Shown piece by piece: positions 27,257-37,721 of a DNA stretch of 64,000 nucleotides; position 1 is the stretch's first letter, and the number at the start of each line of letters is the position of its first letter. A program made the translations under genes and the position numbers. The notes beneath the pieces are model-generated. The model was not told the DNA's origin. It was given only the letters and a program-made list of their open reading frames with translations, and did no database searches. The stretch is from Crocinitomicaceae bacterium. Its GTDB lineage: Bacteria > Bacteroidota > Bacteroidia > Flavobacteriales_D > Crocinitomicaceae. The stretch covers positions 312,461 to 376,460 of the forward strand of contig JBIKNN010000001.1 in the NCBI GenBank assembly GCA_044358575.1, given 5' to 3'.

Positions 27257-28564
27257 ATGACTGCTCTTTTTTGGCATAGACGTGATTTAAGAATTAATGA
27301 TAATAAAGGTCTTTTTGAAGTTTTAAAGCAAAATGAGATTGTCCATCCAATTTTTATTTTTGATAAATCCATCTTAGATAAATTACCAAATAATGATCAG
27401 CGCATTTTATTTATATACCAAGAAATTGAAAGTCTAAAAAAAAGCTATCAAAATCTTGGGTCAGATTTATGGGTTTACTATGGTGAACCTTCAGAAATCA
27501 TTCCGAAAATAGCACAAGAATTAAACTGTTCATCAGTTTATTTTAATAATGATTATGAGCCTTATGCTCTACAACGAGACCAAGAAATTCAAGTATCATT
27601 AAATAATATAAAAATTGAATTCATAGGAAATAAAGACCATGTTATCTTTGAAAAAAATGAGGTCTTAAAAGATGATGGAAAACCCTATACAATCTTTACT
27701 CCTTATTCAAGAAAATGGAAGGCAAATTTAAAAGAAGAGGACCTAAGAGAATATTCCATAGAAAAATACAGTGGAAATTTAGTCCAAAAAGAACAAGAAG
27801 AAGCCTTAATTACTCTTGAAGAGATGGGTTTTGAATCAAAAGTTTTGCATGATTTTCCAGATAGAATTGCCAAGAACGAAATTTTAAATAAATATCACCT
27901 TTCTCGCAACTTTCCTTCTGTGAAAGGAACTAGCAAGTTAAGTCTTCATCTTAGATTTGGAACGATTAGTATTCGAAAGTTGGCACTAATAGCTCGCGAA
28001 CAAAACGAAACCTACCTCAACGAGTTAATTTGGCGTGACTTTTATCAAATGATTATTTTTCACTTTCCAAAAAGTGCTGAAAATTCATTTAAAGCGCAAT
28101 ACGACAAAATTATTTGGGAAAAAAACGAAGTCCATTTTGATTCTTGGTGTACTGGAAAAACAGGTTATCCTATAGTTGATGCTGGAATGCGAGAATTAAA
28201 TGCAACAGGTTTTATGCACAACAGAGTTAGAATGGTTGTAGCTAGCTTTCTCACAAAACATTTGTTGTTAGATTGGCGCTTAGGGGCCGCCTACTTTGCT
28301 GAGAAACTTTTGGATTTTGAACTTGCAAGTAATACTGGAGGATGGCAATGGGCAGCAGGTTGTGGTTGTGATGCCGCTCCCTATTTTCGTGTATTCAATC
28401 CGCAAGCGCAGCAGGAAAAATTTGATAAATCATTCGAATACATTAAAAAATGGGTTCCAGAATACGGAACAAGTTCTTATCCTGAGCCAATTATTGAACA
28501 TAAATTTGCAAGAGAACGAATTTTACAACGATTTAAATCTGCATTAAACGAAACCAATGCTTAA
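27257..28564 (+). CDS. Deoxyribodipyrimidine photolyase / cryptochrome family flavoprotein
   Basis: The N-terminus is LFWHRRDLRINDN. The FAD domain has TGYPIVDAGMREL..GFMHNRVRM...GGWQWAAGCGCDAAPYFRVFNP. CPD class I versus Cry-DASH cannot be resolved by eye. Confidence 0.92.
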   Translation: MTALFWHRRDLRINDNKGLFEVLKQNEIVHPIFIFDKSILDKLPNNDQRILFIYQEIESLKKSYQNLGSDLWVYYGEPSEIIPKIAQELNCSSVYFNNDYEPYALQRDQEIQVSLNNIKIEFIGNKDHVIFEKNEVLKDDGKPYTIFTPYSRKWKANLKEEDLREYSIEKYSGNLVQKEQEEALITLEEMGFESKVLHDFPDRIAKNEILNKYHLSRNFPSVKGTSKLSLHLRFGTISIRKLALIAREQNETYLNELIWRDFYQMIIFHFPKSAENSFKAQYDKIIWEKNEVHFDSWCTGKTGYPIVDAGMRELNATGFMHNRVRMVVASFLTKHLLLDWRLGAAYFAEKLLDFELASNTGGWQWAAGCGCDAAPYFRVFNPQAQQEKFDKSFEYIKKWVPEYGTSSYPEPIIEHKFARERILQRFKSALNETNA

Positions 28565-29021
28565 AATAGAAGATGCCTGTCCAATTTTTGAATTGCCAAA
28601 TCAATTTGGAGAGACTATAAAAATTAGTGAATTGTTAGGCAAAAAAATACTTGTTATTTTCTTTTACCCAAAAGATTATACTTCAGGTTGTACCCTAGAA
28701 GCTTGTGCTTTTAGAGATAATTATGCTGAATTTCAAGGTTTAAATTGTGAGATTATAGGTATTTCGTCGGATAATGAAGACCGTCACTTAGCATTCTCAA
28801 CAAAATATCTCTTAAACTACACCCTACTCGCTGATTCAAATAAAAAAGCACGAAAAGCATTTGAAGTTCCAACAAATTTATTTGGCCTAATTCCCGGAAG
28901 AGTTACATACGTAATTGGCTTGGATCAAAAAATTAAAGCAATTTATAATTCACAAACAAATCCCTTTGGTCACATTCAAAAAGCCTTGGAAATAGTTAAG
29001 GTTCTCAATTCCGACTCATAA
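28557..29021 (+). CDS. bcp: Peroxiredoxin, Bcp type
   Basis: FFYPKDYTSGCTLEAC contains the peroxidatic Cys plus a resolving Cys five residues later. The gene overlaps the photolyase 3' end by 8 nt. Confidence 0.88.
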   Translation: MLKIEDACPIFELPNQFGETIKISELLGKKILVIFFYPKDYTSGCTLEACAFRDNYAEFQGLNCEIIGISSDNEDRHLAFSTKYLLNYTLLADSNKKARKAFEVPTNLFGLIPGRVTYVIGLDQKIKAIYNSQTNPFGHIQKALEIVKVLNSDS

Positions 29022-29101
29022 AATAATTTATTGGTTATTTTAAGTTTCTTTTTGCCTGACAATGACACAAAATGTGTAACTTCACGAAAATTTAATTAGT
29101 A

Positions 29102-29701
29102 ATGGACTCAGATTTAGAAAAAGTAAGTTACGCAGTTGGAATGAGTATTGGAGAAAGTTTAAAAGCCCAAAACTTAGAAGACATCGATACGAAAAAGCTT
29201 TCGTTAGCAATGGATACAATTTTCAAAAATCAAGACCCACTCTTTACACCTGAAGAAGCGAACGGTATTATTCAAGCTTATCTTGACACAAAAAAAAATG
29301 CGGCTTATGGAAGTCTAAAACTTGAGGGTGAAAAGTTTTTAGAAAATAATAAATCAAATAAAGACATTAAAACCACAGAATCTGGTTTGCAATATGAAAT
29401 AATAAAAAGTGGAAATGGGGTAAAGCCTGCAAAAACAGATACTGTAAGCGTGCATTATCAAGGAACTCTTATAGACGGGACTGTTTTTGATAGTTCAGTA
29501 GAAAGAGGAACACCTGCTAGCTTTGGAGTTCATCAAGTAATTCCAGGATGGACAGAAGCATTGCAATTGATGGATATTGGCTCCAAATACAGATTATTTA
29601 TACCACAAGAATTGGCCTATGGTGCAAATCCACATCCCGGTGGACCAATACAACCATTTAGTGCGCTAATTTTTGAAGTAGAACTATTAAACATTAACTA
29701 A
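29102..29701 (+). CDS. FKBP-type peptidyl-prolyl cis-trans isomerase (no signal peptide)
   Basis: An FkpA/FklB-like N-terminal domain is followed by VHYQGTLIDGTVFDSS...VIPGWTEAL...LIFEVELL. Confidence 0.9.
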   Translation: MDSDLEKVSYAVGMSIGESLKAQNLEDIDTKKLSLAMDTIFKNQDPLFTPEEANGIIQAYLDTKKNAAYGSLKLEGEKFLENNKSNKDIKTTESGLQYEIIKSGNGVKPAKTDTVSVHYQGTLIDGTVFDSSVERGTPASFGVHQVIPGWTEALQLMDIGSKYRLFIPQELAYGANPHPGGPIQPFSALIFEVELLNIN

Positions 29702-30660
29702 TGATCAGATATTCCCTAATTATTGCCCTATTCTTTTTCCTACAATCTTGTGGTGGAGAAGAGAAAGTAGAATTGAAAACAGCTAAAGAAAAATACTCGT
29801 ATGTATTGGGTGTTGAACTCTCTAAACCATTTATTTCTGAAAGTCCGTTTAACAAAATGGATAAAGAACAATTAATCGAAGGATTCCACAGCAAAGTGGC
29901 TGACAGCGATTTGGAAGGGCTTTTCAAAACCGTGACAAAATGCATTGGAAAAAAAGGAAAAGAATTCAACGAAAAATTCAAAACCGAAGGATCATTGGCC
30001 ATTGGAAAAATCAACCGTCAACGTTTCGAAGGATACTTCAATGACCTTAATGCAATGACCTTAATTGATATTAAAATGGTGGAGCGTGGTTTTTCAGATG
30101 GATTAAACAAGTTAGACATCGAAGTCTTAAAAAATGAAGATCGCAAGAAAATCATGGCAGCTTTTCAAGTGAAGATGGATAAAAAATACGCAAAAATCAT
30201 AGAACAGTTCAAAGCAGCTGGAGAAGGTTTTTTAGCAATGAACAAATCAAAACCAGGAATCATCACAACTGCAAGTGGACTTCAATACCAAGTTATTCAA
30301 ATGGGTAAAGGTCCGAAACCAAGTGCTATATCCAATGTAAAAGTTCACTATCAAGGAACGATTCCGGAAGGTGGAATATTTGATAGTTCAATCGGGAGAG
30401 AACCTGTTGACTTCATTTTAAATCAAGTGATTCCAGGATGGACAGAAGGTATTCAGTTGATGAATGTTGGATCTAAATTCAAATTTTTCATCCCTCAAGA
30501 ATTAGCGTATGCTGGAAATCCACCACCAAATACGATTATCAAACCTTATTCACCGTTGATTTTCGAAGTGGAATTACTAAGTTTTGAAAAAGGTTCTGCA
30601 CCTGATAACGCAAAAACTGGAAGCTTTGTAAAACCAGAAATGAATCCAAACGGACAATAA
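29701..30660 (+). CDS. FKBP-type peptidyl-prolyl cis-trans isomerase lipoprotein
   Basis: A lipobox (FLQSCGG) and a long helical N-domain are followed by VHYQGTIPEGGIFDSS...VIPGWTEGI...LIFEVELL. Confidence 0.88.
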   Translation: MIRYSLIIALFFFLQSCGGEEKVELKTAKEKYSYVLGVELSKPFISESPFNKMDKEQLIEGFHSKVADSDLEGLFKTVTKCIGKKGKEFNEKFKTEGSLAIGKINRQRFEGYFNDLNAMTLIDIKMVERGFSDGLNKLDIEVLKNEDRKKIMAAFQVKMDKKYAKIIEQFKAAGEGFLAMNKSKPGIITTASGLQYQVIQMGKGPKPSAISNVKVHYQGTIPEGGIFDSSIGREPVDFILNQVIPGWTEGIQLMNVGSKFKFFIPQELAYAGNPPPNTIIKPYSPLIFEVELLSFEKGSAPDNAKTGSFVKPEMNPNGQ

Positions 30661-30684
30661 ATAAAAGTTTATATATTTTCACTT

Positions 30685-31836
30685 ATGCAAAAAATCAAGA
30701 AATACCTCTGTTTTATATTTATTAGTTTGGTTTTAATCGTCCTAAATTCATGTAACGAGAAAATTAAATTAATAGGAGATTTCGTTGAAACTGCTGTGGT
30801 TTATGGCTTATTAGATCAAGCAGATTCTCTGCATTATATTAAAATAAACAGGGCATTTATTGGGCCTGGAAACGCTTTAGAAATTGCACAAATAGCGGAT
30901 TCAAGTTATTTCACCAATGTAGAGGCAACCATATCTGAATATCTGAATGGAAATCTTACAAGATCATGGTTGTTGAGAGATACTATTTTAGATAATAAAG
31001 ATACAAATGGTGTTTTTTATGCTCCCGAGCAAAAAGTATATTACTTTAAAACAATGCCAACTGGATTTAATGGTGTAATTCAAAGTTCCACAAATCCACA
31101 AATGACTTCTTTAAATCCACAAGCAATTTATAAAATTGACATTGTTATTAATAATGGCGCATTTTCTGTTAGCGGAGAAACTGAATTGGTGAGAGGTATA
31201 ACTTCTGCTGCAGCTACTCAAAACTTTAATTTTAAGTTTGCTATTAATCCTGGAGAATATACATCAACAGGAATAACAGTTTCATCAACAGGGAATTCTT
31301 ATGTTTTAAATACTCAGCTGAAAATTGCTTTTAATGAATGGGAAAACAACACTTATTCAGAAAAATCATTCTTTTGGAAACTTGGCGAAGCAGATGTTCT
31401 ACCATCATCAAGTAAAATATTTACAGCAAATGGTGAAACGTTTTATGATTTAATGAAGAGTAATTGTACTGAAAGTTCATCTATTTCAAAAAGAACATTT
31501 AAAGGTGTTACTATAAAAATTACAGGTGGAGCAGAAGAACTCTACAACTTCATAGCAGTTAATAAACCCTCATCTGGCTTAGCTCAAAGTAAACCTACTT
31601 ATACAAACCTCACCGCAACAAATGGAAAGCGAGTGATTGGTGTTTTTTCATCCCGGCAAACAGTTGAAATCTATCATCCTTTTTATGTTTCACCGCAACA
31701 GTCATATTTAAGGGCACTTGATAAGAAAAGCACAAGAGAACTTTGCCAAGGACCTATAACTGGATTGTATTTATTTTGCTCTAATCATCCTGGAGATAAC
31801 GTAGTAAATCAAGAAGAAAGCTACGCTTGTCAATAA
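30685..31836 (+). CDS. Hypothetical lipoprotein
   Basis: A lipobox is present (VLNSCN). The protein is 383 aa and has a Cys pair at the C-terminus. I cannot confidently assign a family. Confidence 0.5.
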   Translation: MQKIKKYLCFIFISLVLIVLNSCNEKIKLIGDFVETAVVYGLLDQADSLHYIKINRAFIGPGNALEIAQIADSSYFTNVEATISEYLNGNLTRSWLLRDTILDNKDTNGVFYAPEQKVYYFKTMPTGFNGVIQSSTNPQMTSLNPQAIYKIDIVINNGAFSVSGETELVRGITSAAATQNFNFKFAINPGEYTSTGITVSSTGNSYVLNTQLKIAFNEWENNTYSEKSFFWKLGEADVLPSSSKIFTANGETFYDLMKSNCTESSSISKRTFKGVTIKITGGAEELYNFIAVNKPSSGLAQSKPTYTNLTATNGKRVIGVFSSRQTVEIYHPFYVSPQQSYLRALDKKSTRELCQGPITGLYLFCSNHPGDNVVNQEESYACQ

Positions 31837-31886
31837 GTTATTGTTCTAACTATTTAAAAATATAGGCGTTTTATTATTTTTACACT

Positions 31887-34370
31887 GTGAGTGATAGAAA
31901 AACTTTATTTGCAGATGTTTTACTGCCTGTTCCGATACACCAAGTTTTTACTTATCGTATTCCTTTTGAATTAAATAATTCAGTAAAATTTGGAGTCCGG
32001 GTAATTGTCCCATTCGGCAAAAACAAATTACAAACTGGAATTATTACAAGAATACACGAAGAAATTCCAAGTTCTTACCAAGCGAAATACATCGAACATC
32101 AGTTGGATGAACGCGCAATTATAACTGAAAACCAATTGCACTTTTGGCAATGGATTTCTTCTTATTATATGGCGCCTTTAGGAGATGTAATGAATGCCGC
32201 ATTGCCCTCTAATTTTAAATTAGCAAGTGAAACAATTCTTGTTATTCACCCAGAATTTAGTGCAGAGATAGACAGCCTAGATGAGAAAGAACAGATAATT
32301 GTTGATGCGCTAAGTGCAAAAGATTCACTCGACTTAAAAGAACTTTCTGTAATTCTCGGAATAAAAACAATTCAACCACTCATTAAAAAGATGATTGAAA
32401 GAAGAATTGTTATTTCAAAAGAAGAAATCAACCAGCGCTATACACCAAAGACACTGACATGTATTTCATTCTCTGAGGATTTTTCAAATGAACAAAATTT
32501 AGCTCAATTATTAGAAGAAATGGAGCAAAATGCACGTATGCAAAAGCAATTTGACACACTCTTAATTTTAATAAAAGATGCAATGGATTGCGGTTCTATA
32601 CTTACTCCAATTCCTAAAAAAATACTACTTGAAAAAGGAATTAGTGCATCAGCACTTTTAACATTGGAAAAAAGAGGTGTTCTTATTTCTGAGCGTTATC
32701 AAATTGATAGAATAAAAAATAAAATAGATGCCTCGAATGTATTTAAAGAGTTAACACAAGCACAAGCTCTTGCTTTAGAAGAAATTAAAAGTGCATTTGA
32801 GACAAAAAATGTTGCCTTGTTACATGGTGTTACAGGCTCTGGGAAAACTGAAATTTATGTTCAACTTATTCAAGAACAACTAGACAGCGGAAAGCAGGTT
32901 TTATTTCTTCTACCAGAAATTGCTTTGACAACACAATTAATTCAACGCTTATCTTACTACTTTGGAGCACAAGTTGGAGTTTATCATTCGCGGTTTAATC
33001 AAAATGAACGAATTGAAATATGGAACAAAGTACTTGAAAATAATGCAGAACAATTTCGAATTATTTTAGGTGCTCGTTCTTCGGTTTTTCTTCCATACCA
33101 AGACTTGGGATTAATTATCGTAGATGAGGAGCACGAAAGTTCCTTCAAACAATATGACCCCTCACCACGATACAATGCAAGAGATGCAGCAATTATTCTA
33201 GCAAAGCAATACGGCGCAAAAGTATTACTAGGAACCGCTACTCCATCGTTGGAAACATATTACAATGCAAAGACAGGCAAATTTGCGCTTATAAATTTAT
33301 TAGAGCGATATAAGGGCCTAGAGCTCCCAGAAATTATTTGTGCCGATTTAAAACGCGAGAGAAAATTAAAAAATATGCAAGCGCATTTTTCATCTCTTTT
33401 AGTCGATGAAATGAAAATAGCACTCGATAAAGGTGAGCAAATAATTTTATTTCAAAACCGCAGAGGATACACACCACTTTGGTCATGTGAAATTTGTGCC
33501 TGGACTCCAAGATGCATAAATTGTGATGTTTCATTAACCTACCACAAACACAGTAACTTGTTAAAATGCCATTACTGTAGTTATTCATCAGCACCTGTTG
33601 GATCGTGTCCATCTTGTGGAAGCAATCGACTTAAAATGCTTGGATTTGGAACGGAAAAAATAGAGGATGATTTGGCCTTAATTTTTCCAGAAAATACAAT
33701 TAAAAGATTGGATTTAGATAGCACAAGAAGCAAAAATGCCTACGAAGAAATATTGAGCAATTTTGAAAATCGAAAGATTGATATTTTAATCGGTACGCAA
33801 ATGGTAACAAAAGGTCTGGATTTTGATAATGTGAGTCTCGTCGGAATATTAGATGCTGATATGCTTTTAAAAAGACCAGATTTCAGGGCATATGAAAGAT
33901 CGTATCAACTGATGTCACAGGTTGCTGGAAGAGCAGGGAGAAAAGAAAAAAGAGGGAAAGTAATTATTCAAACCGCAGATCCAGAACAATGGGTTATTCA
34001 ATTAGTAATGAAACACGATTATTTAGGTTTTTACAAAAATGAAATCATAGAACGGGAAAATTTTTTCTATCCACCATTTTATAAGATGATAACGCTAACA
34101 TTGAAACACAAGGAAGAATTTCTCGTAGACCGAGCTGCATTGGAATTAGCACAATCCTTGCGAAATGTATTTAAAGAACGAGTTTTAGGACCTGAGTTTC
34201 CACTCATTAAAAGAATTCAGAATTTATTTTTAAAGGAAATAAAACTAAAAATTGAACGCTCTGCTTCAGATAAAAAAGTAAAGGAACGAATTGCTTTGAC
34301 AATCGATGAGTTTTATGCTAAACCCGCCAATAAACCAATTCGAATTGTTATTGATGTTGATTCACTCTAA
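31887..34370 (+). CDS. priA: Primosomal protein N' (replication restart helicase PriA)
   Basis: It starts with GTG. Walker A GVTGSGKTEIY, DEEH and the Cys-rich zinc-binding insertion (CEICAW..CINCD...CHYC...CPSCG) are present. Confidence 0.93.
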   Translation: MSDRKTLFADVLLPVPIHQVFTYRIPFELNNSVKFGVRVIVPFGKNKLQTGIITRIHEEIPSSYQAKYIEHQLDERAIITENQLHFWQWISSYYMAPLGDVMNAALPSNFKLASETILVIHPEFSAEIDSLDEKEQIIVDALSAKDSLDLKELSVILGIKTIQPLIKKMIERRIVISKEEINQRYTPKTLTCISFSEDFSNEQNLAQLLEEMEQNARMQKQFDTLLILIKDAMDCGSILTPIPKKILLEKGISASALLTLEKRGVLISERYQIDRIKNKIDASNVFKELTQAQALALEEIKSAFETKNVALLHGVTGSGKTEIYVQLIQEQLDSGKQVLFLLPEIALTTQLIQRLSYYFGAQVGVYHSRFNQNERIEIWNKVLENNAEQFRIILGARSSVFLPYQDLGLIIVDEEHESSFKQYDPSPRYNARDAAIILAKQYGAKVLLGTATPSLETYYNAKTGKFALINLLERYKGLELPEIICADLKRERKLKNMQAHFSSLLVDEMKIALDKGEQIILFQNRRGYTPLWSCEICAWTPRCINCDVSLTYHKHSNLLKCHYCSYSSAPVGSCPSCGSNRLKMLGFGTEKIEDDLALIFPENTIKRLDLDSTRSKNAYEEILSNFENRKIDILIGTQMVTKGLDFDNVSLVGILDADMLLKRPDFRAYERSYQLMSQVAGRAGRKEKRGKVIIQTADPEQWVIQLVMKHDYLGFYKNEIIERENFFYPPFYKMITLTLKHKEEFLVDRAALELAQSLRNVFKERVLGPEFPLIKRIQNLFLKEIKLKIERSASDKKVKERIALTIDEFYAKPANKPIRIVIDVDSL

Positions 34371-34371
34371 A

Positions 34372-35241
34372 TTATCCCAAGTAACTCTTTAAAGTTCTAT
34401 TTTTAGAAGTATGCTTTAAACGTCGAATTGCTTTTTCTTTAATTTGTCGAACCCGTTCTCGCGTTAAATCAAATTTAGTTCCAATTTCTTCTAAAGACAT
34501 TGGAGTTGCACCTTCCAAACCATAAAACATATTTACAACATCGCTTTCTCTTTGCGTTAATGAAGTCAGTGAACTCCGAATATCAGAGCGCAAAGATTCT
34601 AAGACTAGGTTAGCTTCTGGACCAGGCAGTGAATCACCCACCATGACATCGTACATGCTCGAAGAAGATTCATCACCATCAACAAGTGGTGCATCCATTG
34701 AAATATGTCGACCATTCTGTGCAAGAGATTGCTTAACCTCTTCCGTTGTGCATTCTAAAAACTCTGCTAATTCATCTGCTGAAGGCGGTCGCTCGAATTT
34801 TTGTTCCAATTCAGAATAAGCACGGTTTATTTTATTTATGTTTCCAATTTTATTTAGTGGTAAACGGACAATTCTAGCTTGTTCAGCAAGAGCTTGCAAA
34901 ATCGACTGGCGAATCCACCAAACAGCATACGAAATAAACTTAAATCCTCGGGTTTCATCAAAACGCTCTGCGGCTTTAATTAAGCCAACATTACCTTCAT
35001 TTATTAAATCCGGAAGTGCTAAGCCTTGATTTTGATATTGCTTAGAAACAGATACAACAAATCGCAAGTTTGCTTTTGTTAATCGCTCCAATGCCTGACG
35101 GTCACCATCGCGAATTTTACGTGCTAATTGAACTTCTTCATCAGCTGTAATAAGATCAACGCGACCAATTTCTTGAAGGTATTTATCAAGAGATGCCGTT
35201 TCTCTGTTTGTAACTTGTTTGGCGATTTTTAACTGTCTCAT
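34372..35241 (-). CDS. rpoD: Primary RNA polymerase sigma factor (Bacteroidota short RpoD/SigA)
   Basis: [28 protein letters not shown] and region 4 [17 protein letters not shown] are present. I place the start at Met31 of the track ORF (ATG at 35241, [14 protein letters not shown]), which gives the usual ~289 aa. Confidence 0.93.
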   Translation of the reverse strand: MRQLKIAKQVTNRETASLDKYLQEIGRVDLITADEEVQLARKIRDGDRQALERLTKANLRFVVSVSKQYQNQGLALPDLINEGNVGLIKAAERFDETRGFKFISYAVWWIRQSILQALAEQARIVRLPLNKIGNINKINRAYSELEQKFERPPSADELAEFLECTTEEVKQSLAQNGRHISMDAPLVDGDESSSSMYDVMVGDSLPGPEANLVLESLRSDIRSSLTSLTQRESDVVNMFYGLEGATPMSLEEIGTKFDLTRERVRQIKEKAIRRLKHTSKNRTLKSYLG

Positions 35242-35521
35242 TTTGGCTTTATTTGTAAGTGTTGGAGTTATGAAACGTATTATGATTAAAAAGGTTAGTG
35301 TTTTCACGCTTTTTTTTTGAAATAAAAACAAGAAGATTATAATTTGTGTATAAATGAGTAGTATTTGACTAGTTTGGTTGAATATTTAACTTCCTTTTAA
35401 AATTTAAAAAAGGGTATTTTAGCACGATTTTTTATCTTTTCTAGAAACTTAATCCCAAAAAAAATAAATTATTGATTTGGAAAAACTACTTATTTTTTCT
35501 AAACTTGTTATAATCAAGAAG

Positions 35522-35884
35522 ATGGAAAAAAGAACTTGTTTAGAATGTGAGGCAAAATTATCTGGGAGGAAAGACCAAAAATTCTGTGCTGATTACTGTC
35601 GAAATACCTATAATAACCGACAGAATGAAGATGCCAATGCCACAGTGAGAAGAATAAACGGAATACTTCGAAAAAACAGAAGGATTCTAGCGCAGCACAA
35701 TCCAAATGGCAAAAAAACACTTGATGGAATCACCTTAGCAGAAGACGGATTCAATTTTCATTATTTTACAAATACCTACAAAACTTTAAAAGGGAGCCAC
35801 TACTATTTTTGCTATGATCATGGTTATATAAAGTTAGAAAATGACCAATATATGCTGGTGCTCAAACAAGATTATGTGAAATAG
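35522..35884 (+). CDS. Hypothetical protein with N-terminal zinc-ribbon-like CxxC...CxxxC
   Basis: MEKRTCLECEAKLSGRKDQKFCADYCRNTYN is present. I prefer the ATG at 35522 to the TTG at 35477. Confidence 0.55.
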   Translation: MEKRTCLECEAKLSGRKDQKFCADYCRNTYNNRQNEDANATVRRINGILRKNRRILAQHNPNGKKTLDGITLAEDGFNFHYFTNTYKTLKGSHYYFCYDHGYIKLENDQYMLVLKQDYVK

Positions 35885-35958
35885 AATAAATGAGCTACTT
35901 TATTTCGTTCTCAAATTTGCAAAGAACTTCTATCTTTGTAAAGTCAATAAAATAATCA

Positions 35959-37662
35959 ATGAGCTTAATAGAACTTTCTGAACAAGAAATACAAAGACGT
36001 GAATCTTTACAAAAATTACGCGACTTAGGAATAGATCCTTATCCTGCGGCATTATTTCCAGTAAATTCCTCCGCTAAGGAAATAAAGTGTGATTTCGAAG
36101 ATGGAAAGCACGTTTGTATTGCAGGAAGAATGATGAGCCAACGAGTGATGGGAAAAGCATCTTTTGCTGAACTTCAAGACGCTAGTGGAAGAATTCAAAT
36201 TTATATTAACCGCGATGAGATTTGCCCTGATGAAGATAAAACACTCTACAATGAAATTTTTAAAAAATTACTTGATTTAGGAGACTTTATAGGTGTAGAA
36301 GGAAAAGTTTTTAAAACGCAAGTTGGTGAAATTTCTATTCATGTTACAAAATTAACGCTATTAGCAAAAGCATTGAGGCCTTTGCCGCTTCCTAAAATTG
36401 ATGCAGAAGGAAGAATTCACGATGCTTTTACAGATGCTGAAATGCGCTCGAGACAACGGTATGTAGATTTAGTAGTAAACCCGCATGTAAAAGACACTTT
36501 TGTAAAACGATCAAAAACGATTTCTTCAATGCGCCGGTTTTTTGATGGGTTTGACTATTTAGAAGTTGAGACACCAATTCTACAAGCAATACCTGGTGGC
36601 GCTGCAGCACGCCCCTTTATCACTCATCACAATGCTTTAGATATTCCGCTTTATTTAAGAATTGCGAATGAAATGTATTTAAAACGATTAATTGTTGGTG
36701 GTTTTGAAGGCGTTTATGAATTTGCGAAAGATTTTCGGAATGAAGGAATGGATCGCACACATAATCCAGAATTTACAATGCTTGAAATCTACGTTTCCTA
36801 CAAAGATTATAACTGGATGATGGATTTCACAGAAAAAATGATTGAAAAGGTCGCTCATGATGTTTGCGGAAGCACAGAAATAGAAGTTGGCGGAAATAAA
36901 ATTTCACTGAAAGCACCTTATAAAAGAATTTCTATGCGAGATGCAATTCTTGAATTTACTGGAAAAGATATCAAAGGTAAATCAGAAACGGAATTAAAGG
37001 AGATCTGTAAAGAATTAGGAATTGAAACAGATTCTTCAATGGGAAAAGGGAAATTAATAGATGAGATTTTTGGTGAGAAATGTGAAGCGCATTTTATTCA
37101 GCCAACATTTATTACAGACTATCCAATTGAAATGTCGCCTTTATGTAAGAAACACCGCGATAATCCAGAATTAACAGAACGCTTTGAGTTAATGATTAAT
37201 GGGAAAGAAATTGCAAATGCTTACTCAGAATTAAATGACCCGATTGACCAACGAGAACGCTTTGAAGAACAAATGAGTCTTTCTGAAAAAGGAGACGACG
37301 AGGCAATGTTTATCGACCAAGATTTTTTGAGGGCTTTAGAATACGGCATGCCGCCAACTTCAGGGATGGGAATAGGAATTGACCGCTTGGTAATGCTTTT
37401 AACAAATAATATTTCCATTCAAGAAGTACTGTTTTTTCCTCAAATGCGTCCAGAAACTAAATCCGTTAAAGTCGAACTAAATGATTCTGAAAAAATCATT
37501 TTTGAAACGATGAAAGAATTGAAAGAACTGCAATTATTCCAGCTCAAAGAAAAATTTGAAATGAGTAATAAAGTATGGGATACAAGTATTAAAACTTTAA
37601 CGAAACATAATTTAATAAAAGTTACGAAAGAATTGGAAGAACTTTGGGTTCGACTTTCGTAA
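35959..37662 (+). CDS. lysS: Lysine--tRNA ligase (class II) with ~65-aa C-terminal extension
   Basis: An OB anticodon-binding domain is present. Class II motifs include FRNEGMDRTHNPEFTMLE and GMGIGIDRLVM. The canonical end FFPQMRPE is followed by about 65 more residues. Confidence 0.96.
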   Translation: MSLIELSEQEIQRRESLQKLRDLGIDPYPAALFPVNSSAKEIKCDFEDGKHVCIAGRMMSQRVMGKASFAELQDASGRIQIYINRDEICPDEDKTLYNEIFKKLLDLGDFIGVEGKVFKTQVGEISIHVTKLTLLAKALRPLPLPKIDAEGRIHDAFTDAEMRSRQRYVDLVVNPHVKDTFVKRSKTISSMRRFFDGFDYLEVETPILQAIPGGAAARPFITHHNALDIPLYLRIANEMYLKRLIVGGFEGVYEFAKDFRNEGMDRTHNPEFTMLEIYVSYKDYNWMMDFTEKMIEKVAHDVCGSTEIEVGGNKISLKAPYKRISMRDAILEFTGKDIKGKSETELKEICKELGIETDSSMGKGKLIDEIFGEKCEAHFIQPTFITDYPIEMSPLCKKHRDNPELTERFELMINGKEIANAYSELNDPIDQRERFEEQMSLSEKGDDEAMFIDQDFLRALEYGMPPTSGMGIGIDRLVMLLTNNISIQEVLFFPQMRPETKSVKVELNDSEKIIFETMKELKELQLFQLKEKFEMSNKVWDTSIKTLTKHNLIKVTKELEELWVRLS

Positions 37663-37721
37663 TACTTCATTTGCATTGCATATTCTTAGAGTAAATTATT
37701 CATTCTAAATCACTTATTGTT

